Part shown: positions 32,188-53,507 of the stretch, one piece after another
Numbering within the stretch: the stretch's first letter is position 1
Layout: each line of letters starts with the position of its first letter
NCBI RefSeq assembly: GCF_009914755.1
Contig: NC_060930.1
DNA length: 64,000 nucleotides
Strand: one strand, 5' to 3'
DNA from: the human T2T-CHM13v2.0 reference genome, Homo sapiens
Notes under the pieces: generated by a model
Database searches by the model: none
The model's input: the letters and a program-made list of their open reading frames with translations, nothing else
Told to the model about the DNA's origin: nothing
Program-made: the position numbers and the translations under genes

Positions 32188-33059
32188 TAAACAGAAAAAG
32201 AACTGCGCTACTCTTGTTATTTATAATTTGTTAAAGATGAATATATTTTAAAGGTATGTTAGCCATTTTTCTTGTTCTTTGTGGGTTGCCAGTTTTCTGG
32301 GTGGCAGGCACAGAATTTCAATGCTCTATTGTTTGTGATGGAGAAGAACAGGTTGGGTGGCCAGGAGGTGAAAGGATAAGGGTATTTCCAGCAAAGAATG
32401 GAGGCTGTAAGGAGCTGGCAAGGACTGAGATCATTTGAATAGGCATAATGAAATAGTGAAATAATTAGGTAATTTGCCAAGGAAAAAATCACCCGTTGCT
32501 GCGATGATTTGACTTAACTGGCTCTTTCCCAATAAGTAGACCCCGTCTTGAATCTCCAGGACAGTCATCCTTTTTTCCCTACCTTCATCACTAAAGTCTG
32601 GGTTTGTAAAATACTGATGTATACTTGGATATTTGATGATTTTATTCTTTGGTTGGTAAAAGGTATAGAATTGTATGGAGCATTTTATTTACCTCTCCAG
32701 CAAAATTCCCATGGGCTGGTCTCTATTTTTCATACTTTTGCAAACAGTACAGAATGACAGGCCATGAAGAAATGCTGACTCATGCGCTCATGAGGAAGTT
32801 GAATTGTAGATCTGGGCCCAACACACACAATGCAGCGTAAGATGAGGGAGAAGATAACCAGTCACGACCATTAAAATTGTTCCTTTCCAATTAGAAAAAA
32901 ATAATTCATGACCATTTTATAAAATGTGGAAAATAGGAAAAAAATACATAGAAGAAAGTAAAATTTACCATAATCCTAAAACTCTAAAATAAATGCTGTT
33001 AAAACAGTTGGGCTTCTTTTAGTCTTTTCAAAATAGGTCATTTTAAGAATTGTTGATTT

Positions 33060-33995
33060 GGCCAGGCGGGGTGGCTCACATCTGTAATCCCAGCACTTTA
33101 GGAGGCCAAGGTGGGCAGATTACTTGAGGTCAGGAGTTCGAGATCAGCCTGACCAACATGGAGAAACCCCGTCTCTACTAAAAATACAAAAGATTAGTCG
33201 GGCGTGGTGGCAGGCGTCTGTAATCCAGCTACTTGGGAGGCTGAGACAGAATTGCTTCAACCCAGGAGGCGGAGGTAGCAGTGAGCCGAGATTGCACCAC
33301 TGCATTCCAGCCTGGGTGACAGAGCAAGGCTCCATCTCAAAAAAAAAAGAAAAGAAAAAGAAAACAGACGACAGGTGCAGTGGCTCACACCTGTAATCCC
33401 AGCACTTTGGGAGGCCAAGGTGGGTGGATCACCTGAGGTCGGGAGTTCGAGACCATCCTGACCAACATGGAGAAACCCCGTCTTTAATAAAAATACAAAA
33501 AATTAGCAGGGCATGGTGGCGCATGCCTGTAATCCCAGCTACTCGGAGGCTGAGACAGGAGAATTGCTTGAACCCAGGAGGCAGAGACTGCGGTTAGCCA
33601 AGATCGTGCCATTGCCCTCCAGCCTGGGCAACAAGAGCAAAACTCGGTCTCAAAAAAAAAAAAAACGAAAAAGAAAAGAAAAATAATCATTGATTTGGGC
33701 CGGGTGTGGTGGCTCACGCCTGTAATCCTAGCACTTTGGGAGGCCAAGAGGGGTGGATCACTTGAGTCCAGGAGTTCAAGATCATCCTGGTCAACATGGT
33801 GAAACCCTTTCTGTACTAAAAATACAAAAATTACCCGGGCATAGTGGTGGATGCCTGTAGTCCCAGCTACTCAGGAGGCTGAGGCAGGAGAATTGCTTGA
33901 ACCTGGGAGGCAGAGGGTGCAGTGAGCTGAGATTGTGACACTGCACTGGGTGACAGAGCAAGGCTCTGTCACAAAAAAAAAAAAAAAAAAAAAAA
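33060..33995 (+). mobile_element. Three tandem sense Alus
   Basis: Dimers at about 33060-33365, 33370-33685 and 33697-33995. Confidence 0.9.
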
Positions 33996-35042
33996 GTTGA
34001 TTTGCTATTTCTTCAGTTTATCCTGGCTTTATGACTGGAAAAAAATTTTTTTTAACTCAGTTGGATTTTTTCTTTTTTTTTTTTTTTTTTTAAGTTGATG
34101 TCTCACTATGTTGCCCAGGCTGGTCTCAGAATTCCTGGGCTCAAACAACCCTCCCGCCTCAGCCTCCCTAGTAGCTGAAACTGCAGGTGCACACCACCAT
34201 ACCCTGCTTTATCCCCACTGAATTTTATAAGCTGCTTCTGACTGCAAAGTGTTTGGCAGAAGAGAGGGATATGGCTAAATGCACGGTATGACTAGCTTGT
34301 TTCCTGGGACAGGAATCAGTTCATTCCTGAAAGGGTATGTAAAGAGCCCGTTTGCCTGGCCTAGGAAAAGCCAGAGGTTCAGAGAGAGGAAGTGACTTGC
34401 TCAAGATATACAGCTTGCATTAGAGAGGAGAGAACTTGCCTTCTGAAAATGCCCAGGGCATTTTCTACTAAATTCTGCTGCCACCTTAGGATTCCCCTTC
34501 CCCAGTGTGGGTAGCATTTGAGCAGAACACATATCTAAATCTGTTAGAGGTTACCCTGGGGCAGAGACTATAAGATTTCCTACCAATAACTAAACATAAG
34601 AGTGGAACCTTAAACACGAGGGGTCTGTGAGGGAATCCAAAACTTCCCCTCTTGAAAAAGCAGCCTCTAAGGGGGCAAAATGGAGGGTAGTCTTAGGAAA
34701 ACACCCAAATAATTATCCTGAGGTCTATCTTGGAGTGTCCTCATGAAAAACCCAGTTACACCCAGGGCAGTTACCTTTCTGAGCGGTTTCTTATAACATT
34801 CCTGGAGTGGAAAGTGATCAACTCAAAGCCCTCCAGGACTCTAGAGGCAGGGGATGAGCTGGTGTCAGGTAGCACCTGGTATCCAGCAGCTTAAAAAATC
34901 CAGACTCTAGGCAGGCTCTCTGTAGACGTGTGTTCTCCTGTCTCAGACTCTTAGGGCAGGCCTTGGGGGTGGGACTGAAAGCAAACAGACCTTCCCACTT
35001 TCACATTCCAGCCTCTGTTATTCCACTTAAAACGCTAGGGTT

Positions 35043-35125
35043 AAACTGCGTTTACCTTAAACAGGCTTACTGTGTTCACTGCTGGACGCCTCTGGGCAAT
35101 CTTACCCTCCTGGGAACTGAGAGAG
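35043..35125 (+). other. GCNT2: Probable non-coding first exon (5' UTR) of GCNT2 isoform A; 5' boundary uncertain
   Basis: Strong donor GAG|GTAGGT at 35126 in unique sequence; matches my recollection that isoform A has two untranslated exons (not verifiable here). Confidence 0.55.
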
Positions 35126-35609
35126 GTAGGTGGAGGTCAGCGTGCTGGGAAACTGGTGGAGGGAGGAAACTGCGGGGAGCTGGTCTTCTCGTGTTACCTC
35201 TGTTAAATCGCTGACAGCAGTTTAAGGTCCAATAGGCTGGTACTCAAATGGGCTGCGTGGATGTTTTATATTTCCAGAACCTAGCACAGTGCCGGGCATA
35301 AAGTAAGTACACCAAAAAATGTTGAATGAGTCATTTGGTCATGAGATTTCTGTTTTCAAAGGTTTTTTTTTTTTCAAAGAATAGCATGTTTGTATGTTGT
35401 TTCATTACATGATGGGCCTACTGGGCACGAGGGTTTTCCATCTGTCTCTAAATCATTAGTATCCTTCTGTATCTCAGTTACAACTTTTAACTTTGTAGGA
35501 AAGAACAACGTTCACTTCAGACTTAATGGTTTATGTTTCTCAGTTCCTTCAGGCAAGGGAAAATGTTTCCAGAATTTGATAAGGTACTTGGTACTGTCTG
35601 GCATTTAAA

Positions 35610-35896
35610 TTTTTTTTTTTTTTTCCAGACATAGTCTCACTCTGTCACCCAGGCGAGAGTACGGTGGTGCGATCTCAGCTTACTGCAACCCCCACCTCCT
35701 GGGTCCTGCCTCAGCCTCCTGAGTAGCTGGGACTACAGGCATGCACAACCAAGCCCGGCTAATTTTTGTATCTTTAGTAGAGATGGGGTTTCATCATGTT
35801 GGCCAGGCTGGTCTCAAACTCCTGACTCCATGTGATCCACCTGCCTCAGCCTCCTGAAGTGCTGGGATTACAGGCGTGAGCCACCGTCCACAGCCT
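35610..35896 (-). mobile_element. AluS
   Basis: Antisense dimer. Confidence 0.88.
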
Positions 35897-36845
35897 GAAA
35901 TGTATTTTATTTAATTAGTTGCTGTGAGGTATGAACATTCCTGTGAGGTATGAACCTCATTTGATAATAGGTAAAATTGAAAATGAAGCTCTGGGCCATG
36001 TAGAAAAGTAGTAGATCCATATTGCCATTCTATGAAAACCCATCTTCTGATATTAAAGACAGGTCTACTAAGTAAATTCAGGTTTTGCCAAACTCAAAGC
36101 TACTTTTCTGTTTTCCTTATTTTTAAATGTAGGCCTTTGAGAGTCGTCACTTGTAAATAGTCTTTCTGCACCTGGTAGTAGATTGGCCAAATAGAGGGTA
36201 GTTACCTGTAGGCTGTGGTTTTCCAGAAGAAATAGGGAGACTGTAATCCCAGGCCCTGGGGACCCTACAGCGTAAAGGATCTGTTTCTTTGCACTCTGTT
36301 CTGATTGAACAGCATATTGCAATTATCGGAAGAAGGGAGGCTATATTCTTTCATGTAATTATTCTTAGTGATCAGAAGCTTGAGGTCTCCCTTGTGGAAG
36401 TATTCTACCTATGGCAGTAATTTTTGGTTCCTGTAACTTCAAAATCCTATCAAGGACTTTCTGAGCGATAGAGGTCGGGAGGGTAAGAGCAAAACTCCAT
36501 CCAGAAAGGTGAAAACAACAAACAAAGCCTCGGGCACGGAGATTGGGCTGCTGTTCTAGCTTCTCATAATATCCCATTTATAGAATACACTCAATCCTCA
36601 ACTCCAGGGTAACTTTCTGCAACAGTAAAATTAGACTTAAAACGAATGAGGTTCTCCAGCTCTGGCTTCTCCCGGAGACCCTGGCTTGGAAAGCCTGGAG
36701 TTGTCAGATATCTTTTCATGTGCAAACGCAGGCGGAAAGTGCCTTTAAGGCCTCGACTCCGCCTAGTAACTGAGCTGCTATTTAACTTTGCTCAGTCTTG
36801 CATTGCCTCAAAGTTATTTGACTGAGCTTGAAAAGACCAGCTTTC

Positions 36846-37156
36846 AGCCAGGCGCGGTGTGGCTCATGACTGTAATCCCAGCACTTTGGGAGGCCGAGTC
36901 AGGCGGATCACCTGAGATCAGGAGTTCGAGACCAGCCTACCAGCATGGTGAAACCCCATCTCTACTAAAAAGAAAATACAAAAATTAGCCGGGTGTGGTG
37001 GCACATGCCTGTAACCCCAGCTGCTCGGGAGGCTGAGGCAGGAGAATTGCTTAAACCCGGGAGGCAGAGGCTTCAGTGAGCCGGGATGGCGTCATTACAC
37101 TGCAGACGGGGCAACAAGAGCGAAACTCCGTCTCAAAAGAAAAAAAAAAAAAAAAA
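36846..37156 (+). mobile_element. AluS
   Basis: Full dimer; TSD aaaagaccagctttc. Confidence 0.9.
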
Positions 37157-37398
37157 GACCAGCTTTCTCTTATAGTTTCCTATTACTTTTTTTCCCAGCT
37201 ATTTTTTGTTAAACGATCACAACCCACTTCATTTCCCCCTCGTAGCCTCTTCTTCCCCACAGCTTTCCATCCAGGTCTGGAATTAGCTCTGACTTCTCTA
37301 GAAGCCCTGAGCTGAGCACGTTAGGTGCCCTACCTCCAGAATCCTCCCAGCATGGCCTGGAGATTGCTGTTGTCTTGACTCTAGACTTGAAAAACCAA

Positions 37399-37844
<446 letters not shown>

Positions 37845-37958
37845 TCAAATTCACTCCAAGAGGAAGCTGTGATTATAAATCAAATGACTTATTCAACGGC
37901 TCCAAGCCTGTTAAGAGTGGCCTTGGTCCACGGAAACTTTCTGACACATAATCCAGGG

Positions 37959-38570
<612 letters not shown>

Positions 38571-40854
38571 AAAGAAAAAGGACAAAATGTGTTGCCCTTC
38601 AGATTAAAAACCAGTTTAATCCAAGCTGTTCTTCCTCTGAGACTGCATCAGGCTTTCACAGACACTGAGAAAGTTTCCATCGGCCCACCCCCCCGGTTTC
38701 TAATTTGGGCACACAGGTGATGTCATGGTAAAATGAATATGTGAAAAGTGCTTTGGGCATCATATGGTCCATGAATAATTAAGGTGAGGATGATGGGATT
38801 CTTGTCTGTAGAAAGGAACCCCTTTTTTTCTGCTTCTCTTTCTACAGTCAGTTATTGAGATTAAACTCTAAGTGCAGTGTCTTAGTGCAATGAAAATTAG
38901 TTTACATCCTGGAGAGTGAGAATTTATAAGAGTATGTGTTATGGAGAAATAAGCAATTAGTGATTGAACATAATATACACCCTGCCAGTTATTGAGCAAC
39001 CAAACTATAAGTCTTTGCTGGTTCCCAATTTGTTCAGAACTCTTTATTTATCCCACCTGATCAGTGCCTCCGACTTAGAATTGGGGGGTATTAATTTTGA
39101 TCTGAAATTCAACCTGGGATGAACAATCTCGCGTCCTTTTGGTCACTCCCTGATTACCATCTCCTCCCATTATATCACACAAACGCAAGAGCCTAGAGCC
39201 CAGAATTGAGGAGAGTGATTACTGATAGATTGTACAAGGGCATTGGGAAAGCTGGAGGGTCTGGAAGACCAGCGTGTCCCATGTGCCTACCAAAATAAAA
39301 TGCACCAGCTGGCACTGGGTTGATGAAAAAGGAAATAGGTTCATATTAATTCTTTTTTTAAATGTCTAGCATTGTCAAAGATACTATTTTACAGAATCAT
39401 AAATATTCCAGAGCTCAAAATCAAGGGACCGTCTTAGCATTACAGGTAAGGTACAAGTAAAGACGTATGAACTTTGCTTGTACTTGCAGCAGAGCACAAA
39501 ATACAAGTGTTCGTTACCCTGCAACTAAATCCAGTGAGTTGTAAATTCGAAGAGCAGGCAAATAATTCAAGATGCTTCTATGTCTGCAATGTCTGGAGGG
39601 ATAGAACTAGGCCAAGAATGAGGTAAGAGTCAAACAAACACCTGATGTAATTGTCTGGATAAATTAGGAGAAAATATGGTAAAAATTACTTGACTAGTTT
39701 AGATAAGCATAATTCAGCATTGACATTTTCATTTAATCATTCCTATAGTATTTCATTTGATATGGACAGGGTCTAAAGAGACGTTAAAAGTCAACTAAAA
39801 ATTAGAGAAATTTTAGTCATTTCAGAAAAGATTGATTTTGTATGCGTTCTGTATTGAAGAAGTGATTTGTTCAAAAGAATTCTGGATAGACGCATGAAAG
39901 ATAGTTAAGAAAATAGATATTTGGGTTGATTAAATTCTATTTTGGGGGCCCTATAGGCACAACTGGGTGTACCTGAGTCACGCTGTAGAATCTGATTCCA
40001 GAAGCAACTGAGAACTGACTCACTGTGTTCTAGAGAATTTTCCCTGTGTCCTTTCTTGTCATCATTTCCTGTGTTCCTGACACCGTGAAATGGGGTTGGC
40101 TGCCGTCTCAATGTGTTCGCTTTTAGCTGGGTTAGCGGAAAAATCAACAGGAATAACTCCAGGTTCTAAAGTAGTGATTGTGAAGATAATACCCAAGGCA
40201 CACCAAGAAGCACTATGGAAAATGTTATTGTATAATAGTAAGTGCAGAATGCAGGATTTAAGCTTGCATCTTCCTGCGTTCTTTTTTTTTTATTAGAGAT
40301 GGGGCCTGGCTGTGTTGCCTAGGCAGGTCTCAAACTCCTGGCCTCGAGCTCCTCCCGCCTTGGCCTCCCAAAAGTGCTGAGATTACAGGCGTGAGCCACT
40401 GCACCCAGCCTCCCCTGTGTTCTTGATAAAATAAGAATGTGTATTTCCTATAGGCAAGAGGTAAATGAAAGTACAGGACGTGGAAACATTGTGTTTAGAA
40501 ACTATCTACGATATTATGTCGTCTTTGTGATTAAGAAAATGAGCCAGGTGCAGTGGCTCACAGCTGTCATCCTAAAGCTTTGGGACCCTGAGGTAGGAGG
40601 ATAGCTTGAGGAGTTCAAGACCAGCCTGGGCAACACAGTAAGACCCCCATCTCTACAAAAGAGTAAATTAATTAATTAATTACATTTAATAAAAGTTAGA
40701 AGATACATTGGAAAAATTAGGTTTATTGACTGTACCACATTCACAGATACAAATATATATCTCCTACAAATCAGTATTACCTGGAATTTCTCACTAATGT
40801 GATCAGGGAAGCAGGGAAATGAAAACTTGAGCATTCAATCAATAAATAGTTGAT

Positions 40855-41168
<314 letters not shown>

Positions 41169-41181
41169 CTACTACATACAG

Positions 41182-41368
41182 ACAATGCTAGGAGCCAGAA
41201 ACATGAGGAATACATGAGCTCGGCGCCAATGGAACATGCTTTCACACCGGGTGCAGCTAACCACCACATCATACAAAACTCGTCGCTGACGTTTTAGATG
41301 TATAATCTGATTGGCATGGACTCACAGAGGAGGGAGTAAGGGAAGAGTAAGAAGATTTCAAAGGAGAG
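41182..41368 (+). other. GCNT2: Probable second 5'-UTR exon of GCNT2 isoform A
   Basis: Acceptor ttgcttgtctactacatacag| and donor GAG|GTAATT at 41369; consistent with recalled isoform structure. Confidence 0.55.
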
Positions 41369-42338
41369 GTAATTGTGTCATTTATTAGAAGTATGAGTGT
41401 GGGGTAAGAGATACGTGTGTATGCATGCGTGTGTGTGAACGGACTTCTTGTTTAGTACCATTTTGCTGCTGCTTTACCACCCCAATCTGTTCCTGGACAC
41501 GGCGATGGACTCTGTATATGTTATCTCATTTTATTCTCACAATTGACCTCTGGTGGTAAAATTATTCTCATTTTTTACAGATTAAAAAAAAAGCCTCCTT
41601 TAAAGCATTTGTAAATCTGGACATAAGAGCCTCTCTCCTAAAATTCAAGACTGAGATGCTCTTCTCTCCTTCCTCTAAGCATCAGGGTTCTCTGTCTGCA
41701 TCCTATGCGGACCAGGGCAAAATAAACTTGAAATTCACTATGTTAGCCTGTATGCAATTTTGGGTGATGATGGGCTATTGGTCGTTTTGTTGTTTTAAAA
41801 AAAGAAGTTAGCCTTTATTCATCCGAGTGCCACAGTCACTTTGTGCAGTAAGTTAGGTGGTGAGGTAAGCTTGCTAATTAATGGGCATTTTAAAGGACTT
41901 TACCCAGCAGCAGACAAAATTAAGCCCTGGAAAGAATTTAGCCCAGTAGCCAGTCATATGCCATGTCGTATAGCATACCCAGCCAATGGGGAGAGCGAGG
42001 TGTGGCTGTGGAAAAAGACAGGGTTAAGCAATTTTTTTAAAGCACTACATATTTATTGATAGAATATCTCTCCAGGCAGTATTCACATGCTTTAAACTGA
42101 AGCTCGTAGCTTGGCAGTGCAGTTTAAGCAAATAAACTCAGGCTGTTGAACACAATGATTAACAGGAAGCAGGGGAGGGGACATAGTTACTAGACTCTGG
42201 CCGGGACAAGAGGCTGAGGTTAAGGTCTTAGAGCCGATGACTTGCAGAATGGTCACCTCACCCACTTGTAATTTCATGGTGGGAACAGGTGGACCCCCTG
42301 GAATCAGAACCTCTCTGAGGACATCTGTTTTTGTGTAG

Positions 42339-42619
42339 ACACAGGTTGCAGGTTAGCAGGAGAACAGGCAAGCCAAATGCAAAGGAGCCACTTCAGAAAT
42401 GTGTCACAGAAAAGTGAAAATGCAACCTAGTGGTAAGTGAAGAGGGGAAGAAGAAAGAAAAAGGACCAGAACCGTGAACTGAAGGGACAGGGAACAGCCA
42501 GACGAGAGCTTCAGCCATCACGAGGATGATTTCGGAACCTGGAGAAAATGTAAGTTAAATATATCTACACTCTGATCCTATCTCAAGAGAGAGATATTTT
42601 ACTCATTTCCTGGTTGTGA
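42339..42619 (+). other. GCNT2: 5'-UTR part of exon 1A
   Basis: Acceptor tctgtttttgtgtag| ending at 42338, contiguous with the ATG at 42620. Confidence 0.6.
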
Positions 42620-43544
42620 ATGATGGGCTCTTGGAAGCACTGTCTTTTTAGCGCGTCTCTTATCTCTGCCCTGATTTTTGTATTTGTTTACAATACTGAG
42701 TTATGGGAGAATAAACGTTTTCTGAGGGCAGCTCTGTCCAATGCTTCACTGTTAGCAGAAGCCTGTCATCAGATTTTTGAGGGGAAAGTTTTTTACCCAA
42801 CAGAAAATGCATTGAAAACTACCCTTGATGAAGCTACCTGCTATGAGTACATGGTTCGAAGCCACTATGTAACAGAAACACTCTCTGAAGAAGAGGCTGG
42901 GTTCCCTTTAGCTTACACAGTGACCATCCACAAAGACTTCGGCACTTTTGAGAGGCTCTTCAGGGCGATTTATATGCCCCAAAATGTCTACTGTGTGCAC
43001 CTGGATCAGAAGGCGACGGATGCCTTTAAAGGTGCAGTGAAACAGTTACTCAGCTGCTTCCCAAATGCTTTTCTGGCTTCCAAGAAGGAGTCGGTTGTCT
43101 ATGGGGGGATCTCCAGGCTCCAGGCTGACCTGAACTGCCTGGAAGACCTTGTGGCCTCTGAAGTTCCCTGGAAGTATGTCATCAACACCTGCGGGCAAGA
43201 CTTTCCCCTGAAAACCAACAGGGAAATAGTTCAGTATCTGAAGGGATTTAAAGGGAAAAATATCACCCCCGGAGTGCTGCCTCCTGACCACGCTGTTGGA
43301 CGGACTAAATACGTCCACCAAGAACTGTTAAACCACAAAAATTCCTACGTGATTAAAACAACAAAATTAAAAACTCCTCCTCCTCATGACATGGTGATTT
43401 ACTTTGGCACGGCCTACGTGGCTCTCACAAGGGACTTTGCTAACTTCGTCCTCCAAGACCAGCTCGCACTTGACTTACTCTCCTGGTCCAAGGACACCTA
43501 CAGCCCCGACGAACATTTCTGGGTGACACTCAACAGGATTCCCG
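42620..43544 (+). CDS. GCNT2: GCNT2 isoform A variable first coding exon (N-acetyllactosaminide beta-1,6-N-acetylglucosaminyltransferase, GT14/Branch family); 308 codons + 1 nt, with constant exons outside the window
   Basis: [29 protein letters not shown]...: type II signal anchor; [40 protein letters not shown] and [10 protein letters not shown] Branch-family motifs; phase-1 donor CCCG|GTATGT at 43545. Confidence 0.98.
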
Positions 43545-43711
43545 GTATGTACGTCTCTTAACTTTTATTTTTACGAATAAACACTGCATGGTCAATACTA
43601 AATAAGTTGCTTTGAAAAGAGTGGAAAAAATGGGACAAACTTCTTTACGGTTTTAAATGTCAAATTAAAAAAAAAATTTCATCTGTAAAATGGTAAAATG
43701 GAGATGTGTTA

Positions 43712-44765
<1,054 letters not shown>

Positions 44766-46145
44766 GATTTCTAGACTAGTACCTCCATTTTATAGATGAA
44801 GAAACTTCAATGTGATTACATGATGTGCTCAAATCCCACAGCTAGTAAGCAAATGCACCAATTATAAACCAGGTCTCCTAAGCCTGATGTTCTTTTTAGG
44901 TTGACTTTCAATAAGGTCTCAATTGTTGCTAAATCAATTCCATCTCTCCTTTGGTCCAAGTTCCAAATGATTTTTGAATAATCTCAAGTTGTTTATAGTG
45001 AACCAATTTAGTCCTGCTAGTTCAATTCAAAATAAGAATTCATATTTGCAGTTCAAAGGAAAAAGTAACTGGAACCTGTATGAAGATCACAGTCCTGGTT
45101 TCTTTGGATTGCTGGTTCAACCCTGGATGCACATTACGATCATCTGGGGCTTCTAAAAATAACTAAGCCAGGGCCTGTTTCCCTCCTTGGGGCAAGACCT
45201 AACTATTGATATTTGTACAGCTTCCAAGTGATTCTCATGTACAGCCAGGGGTGTAAACCATTGCAGGTGCTTGTTTTAGATATTGGCATACAAAGCTTCA
45301 TAGGCTTAGAATTCTCTTTAAGTCTGTGATTTTCTCAGAGCCAGAAGGGGAAGTATAGTGATCAAAAGAAATTAGGGCTCAGGAAAGTCTGGTGGGGAAA
45401 GCACAGAGCTGTTTAAATAGAATTGTAGTGTCCAGAGTAAGGGAAGTGAAAGCCTCACTTCTCTCCCATGTGCTTGGAGTAGGATGTAGACTCTTCAGGT
45501 CTGGCCACCCTACTATACGGGGAGACATTGACACAGCAGTTCCAAAGAGAGCAGCCAGGGAGGTAAAAAGGCCAATCCCCACTTTTTTTTTTTTTTTTTT
45601 TTAGAGAAGACCAAGACAAAGAAAAAGGATAATTGATTTGGAAAAGACTTGAAGAGGGATCGGTGTCTTTACCTAATTAAAAGATTTGCTCAGGAAAGAG
45701 AAATTAGACCAACTCTGTCGTTTTGGAAGTAGAATCTAGGGCCAGCGGGTGGGAGATGAGAACACATGGAGCTGGGAATAAAACGGGCAGCTTCCTCAAT
45801 GGTGAGCAAAGCCAAGGGAAGCAGGGCTGGGGAAGTGCTGCTGAGGAAACCTCAAGGATTGGACCGGATGGCCTCCGAGTCCCTTCCCACTCTCAGAGTC
45901 TGTGATCCTAATCAGGGGACTCAACAGAAACTTAAGGGAAACCCCCTGACTTCTCGACTCGATGTATCTATTGGAGCTGGATTTTTACACCCCGTGTTAG
46001 CAGTAACAGATTGGCAAAGCAATAGAAAACAAATGCACCAATTCATGTTTTTCAGAAACTTAACAAAAGTTAGCCCCTGAAGTCATTTCTGTGTTATGTG
46101 TGTGGAGGAACACTGCCGGAGGACCCTGACCAGCTCTGCCAACTC

Positions 46146-46453
46146 TTTTTTTTCTTTTTTTGGATCTCACTCTGTCATCCAGGCTGGAGTGCAGTGGCAC
46201 AATCACGGCTCACGGCCTCAACCTCCCAAAGTGCTGGGATTACAGGTGTGAGCCACACAGCACCCAGCCCGTGCTGGTCTTGACCTCCCAGGCTCAAGCC
46301 TTCCAAGAGGCTGGGACTACAGGCATGTGCCCCCATGCCTGGCTAACTTTAACTTTTGTAGAGACGAGGTCCTGCTGTGTTGCCAGTGCTGGTCTTGAAC
46401 TCCTGGGCCCAAGCGATCCTCCTGCCTCAGCCTCGTGAGCCACCACATCGGGC
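46146..46453 (-). mobile_element. Internally rearranged AluJ
   Basis: Alu segments in non-colinear order. Confidence 0.8.
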
Positions 46454-46521
46454 AAGCCCTGCCAACTCTTTCCTGACCTGAGGCAGGGCTGAATGTAGGA
46501 GGTTAGGGAATTAGAAACCTA

Positions 46522-49150
<2,629 letters not shown>

Positions 49151-50062
49151 TTAGTTTCTTGTGTGATTCAGCTGTGGATGATTTCCATTTATAAGCCCAA
49201 GATGCAAGTTCATCCACCTCCCACTTTCCTCCTGAGTTATTATTGATCCTCTGGGTTGGATGGCTCTGCCTGTAATAGGGACATTCAGTGAGTTTATTCC
49301 ATTGGTCATGTGTGCCTTGAATTTTACACATTTCAAAACTGACCAGTGATTTCTGTTTCACTTGCTACAAAGGAGTATTTTGAATATAACTCCATGGGAG
49401 TTTGTTTCAAACTCACATTAAAATAGGAATGAATGCAAAAACAGCCTTTCCTGGGAGCAGGCTTTGTGGGCGGTGGGAGGAAGGAGTGCCAAGGTGTCCA
49501 AAGGGGAAGGAATAGAGAAAGGAAGATACCTGGTGGGTGATTGAGGGCCCGAAAGACAGACCCTCCCTGCTTCCAATTTGTTTTTCCCCTGGAGCCAGCC
49601 TGCGGACTAGCCCTATTGGATATTCCATGGCAGGCATCTTCCCCTGAACCCTAAATGTGGGTGGCTCATTGTATTTCTATTTCCTGTAGAGTCCATACTG
49701 GCCTTACTCTTTGTCACTGTTTGAGGCTGATATATCCCGTTAGTTCCTCTATATGTAAAAATGCAATGCTGAGGTTCCAGGTGCCGAGACCTTGAGAGAT
49801 GCAAATTTGGGAGCAGAGAAGGGCAGATCCGAATCAAGGTGGTCTTGGGAACTCATCCTTGAGCCCCAGGGATGTGGCTGGGATCTTACTGTGTGCAGAG
49901 GGAATTGATATTCCCCAAACCAATCGAGCACACAGAGCTTCTGAGATGCTAGGCGAATGGACAGACTTGAAGGGGAGGAAGATTTGGGGATTTTTACTAT
50001 TAGCTCCGCTTAAGCAATCTCTGTTTTTTTATATCTGCCAGAAATATCGGTTTTTGTCAACT

Positions 50063-50767
<705 letters not shown>

Positions 50768-51037
50768 ACCTGTGAGTTCTTCTCAGGGAAACAGTTTCTT
50801 AGGAAGGTGGTAAATGGCCTGACAGACTTCATTTTTTAAATAGGTAGATTATCAAGAAAACAATGGCATTAATCACTTCCCTAGAAGAAGAAAGGAAGAG
50901 TTTAATCTGCAAGTGATCTTATCTTTGCTAACCATTGTCTTCCCTCTTCACTGATCACTGAGTTTGTTCTTCGGGCATTCTGTGGCTCACACTCTATCCT
51001 TACTTTCTTCTTCCTCCTTCCCAGCTAAGTTAGACTA

Positions 51038-52192
<1,155 letters not shown>

Positions 52193-52837
52193 TATTCTTT
52201 CCTGAATTTATACCCATGACACCTTAAATATAAACCCTGATAGATCTCATGGCATCTATGTTTTGTTATGGAATAACAGGCTTAGTTGCTGAAAGTCATA
52301 AAGTGACACAGCACAACTGAGGACTGCTAATGATTTTGACTTTTTTTTGAGTTTATAAAAAGATTGTAATTTCCCCAGATCAGAAATTGCCCCAATATGT
52401 AGTTTAATTGATTTGTATGCATTTTATGTATCCATATATATTACCATCAAAAATGGCTTACATAATAATGATAATGTATATAAATAGTTTTGCTTTGCCA
52501 ATTATACCATCTTCTGGGATCTCAGAGGAATAACCAGAGACATGACCCTGTTTTAATATTCTGTTGCTCCTTTAGGTAGCAATTTCCTTTTTAAAACCAA
52601 AAAATAATGTTTCTTCCTATGGGGACCTATCTTAATTTTATACTGAGGAAGCTAAAAGTAGTTTGATGAGAAAGAAAAAAATAAGGGTTGGGCCCAGCTG
52701 GAGTATAGTCAGATGACATCAATTAGAATGCATTTAAGATTTAAGTGGACTGGTGAATGGTTTGGAAAAATAGTCTAAAGATTTGTTTACTCTCTATTAG
52801 AGTTGGAGAGTAGCTCACACTCACTGGTGGGGTTTAG

Positions 52838-53263
<426 letters not shown>

Positions 53264-53507
53264 TAAAATATCTCTTTGTAGGACTGTTGAAGGATTAGAG
53301 AGTACACAAACTATACCTGGCACATCATAGAAACTCATTAAATGGAGAGAGAGAGAGAAAACAGATGAACTTCTCAGGTGTTGATTTTTGAGGTTTTAAT
53401 GTTACGATTCTAAAAATTCTATGTGCAACTAAAACAAAAAACAAAACCTTCTAACATTTGGTTTTGAAAGCATAAGGTCTAATTTTTGGTTAGAAATCAG
53501 GTATGTG

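Noticed and set aside
43545-43561. ORF track extends GCNT2 to ...RIPGMYVS*
   Set aside because: Read-through into the intron; the exon ends at the GTATGT donor after 43544. The pseudo-exon ORF (...RIPGMWNL) has the same artefact.
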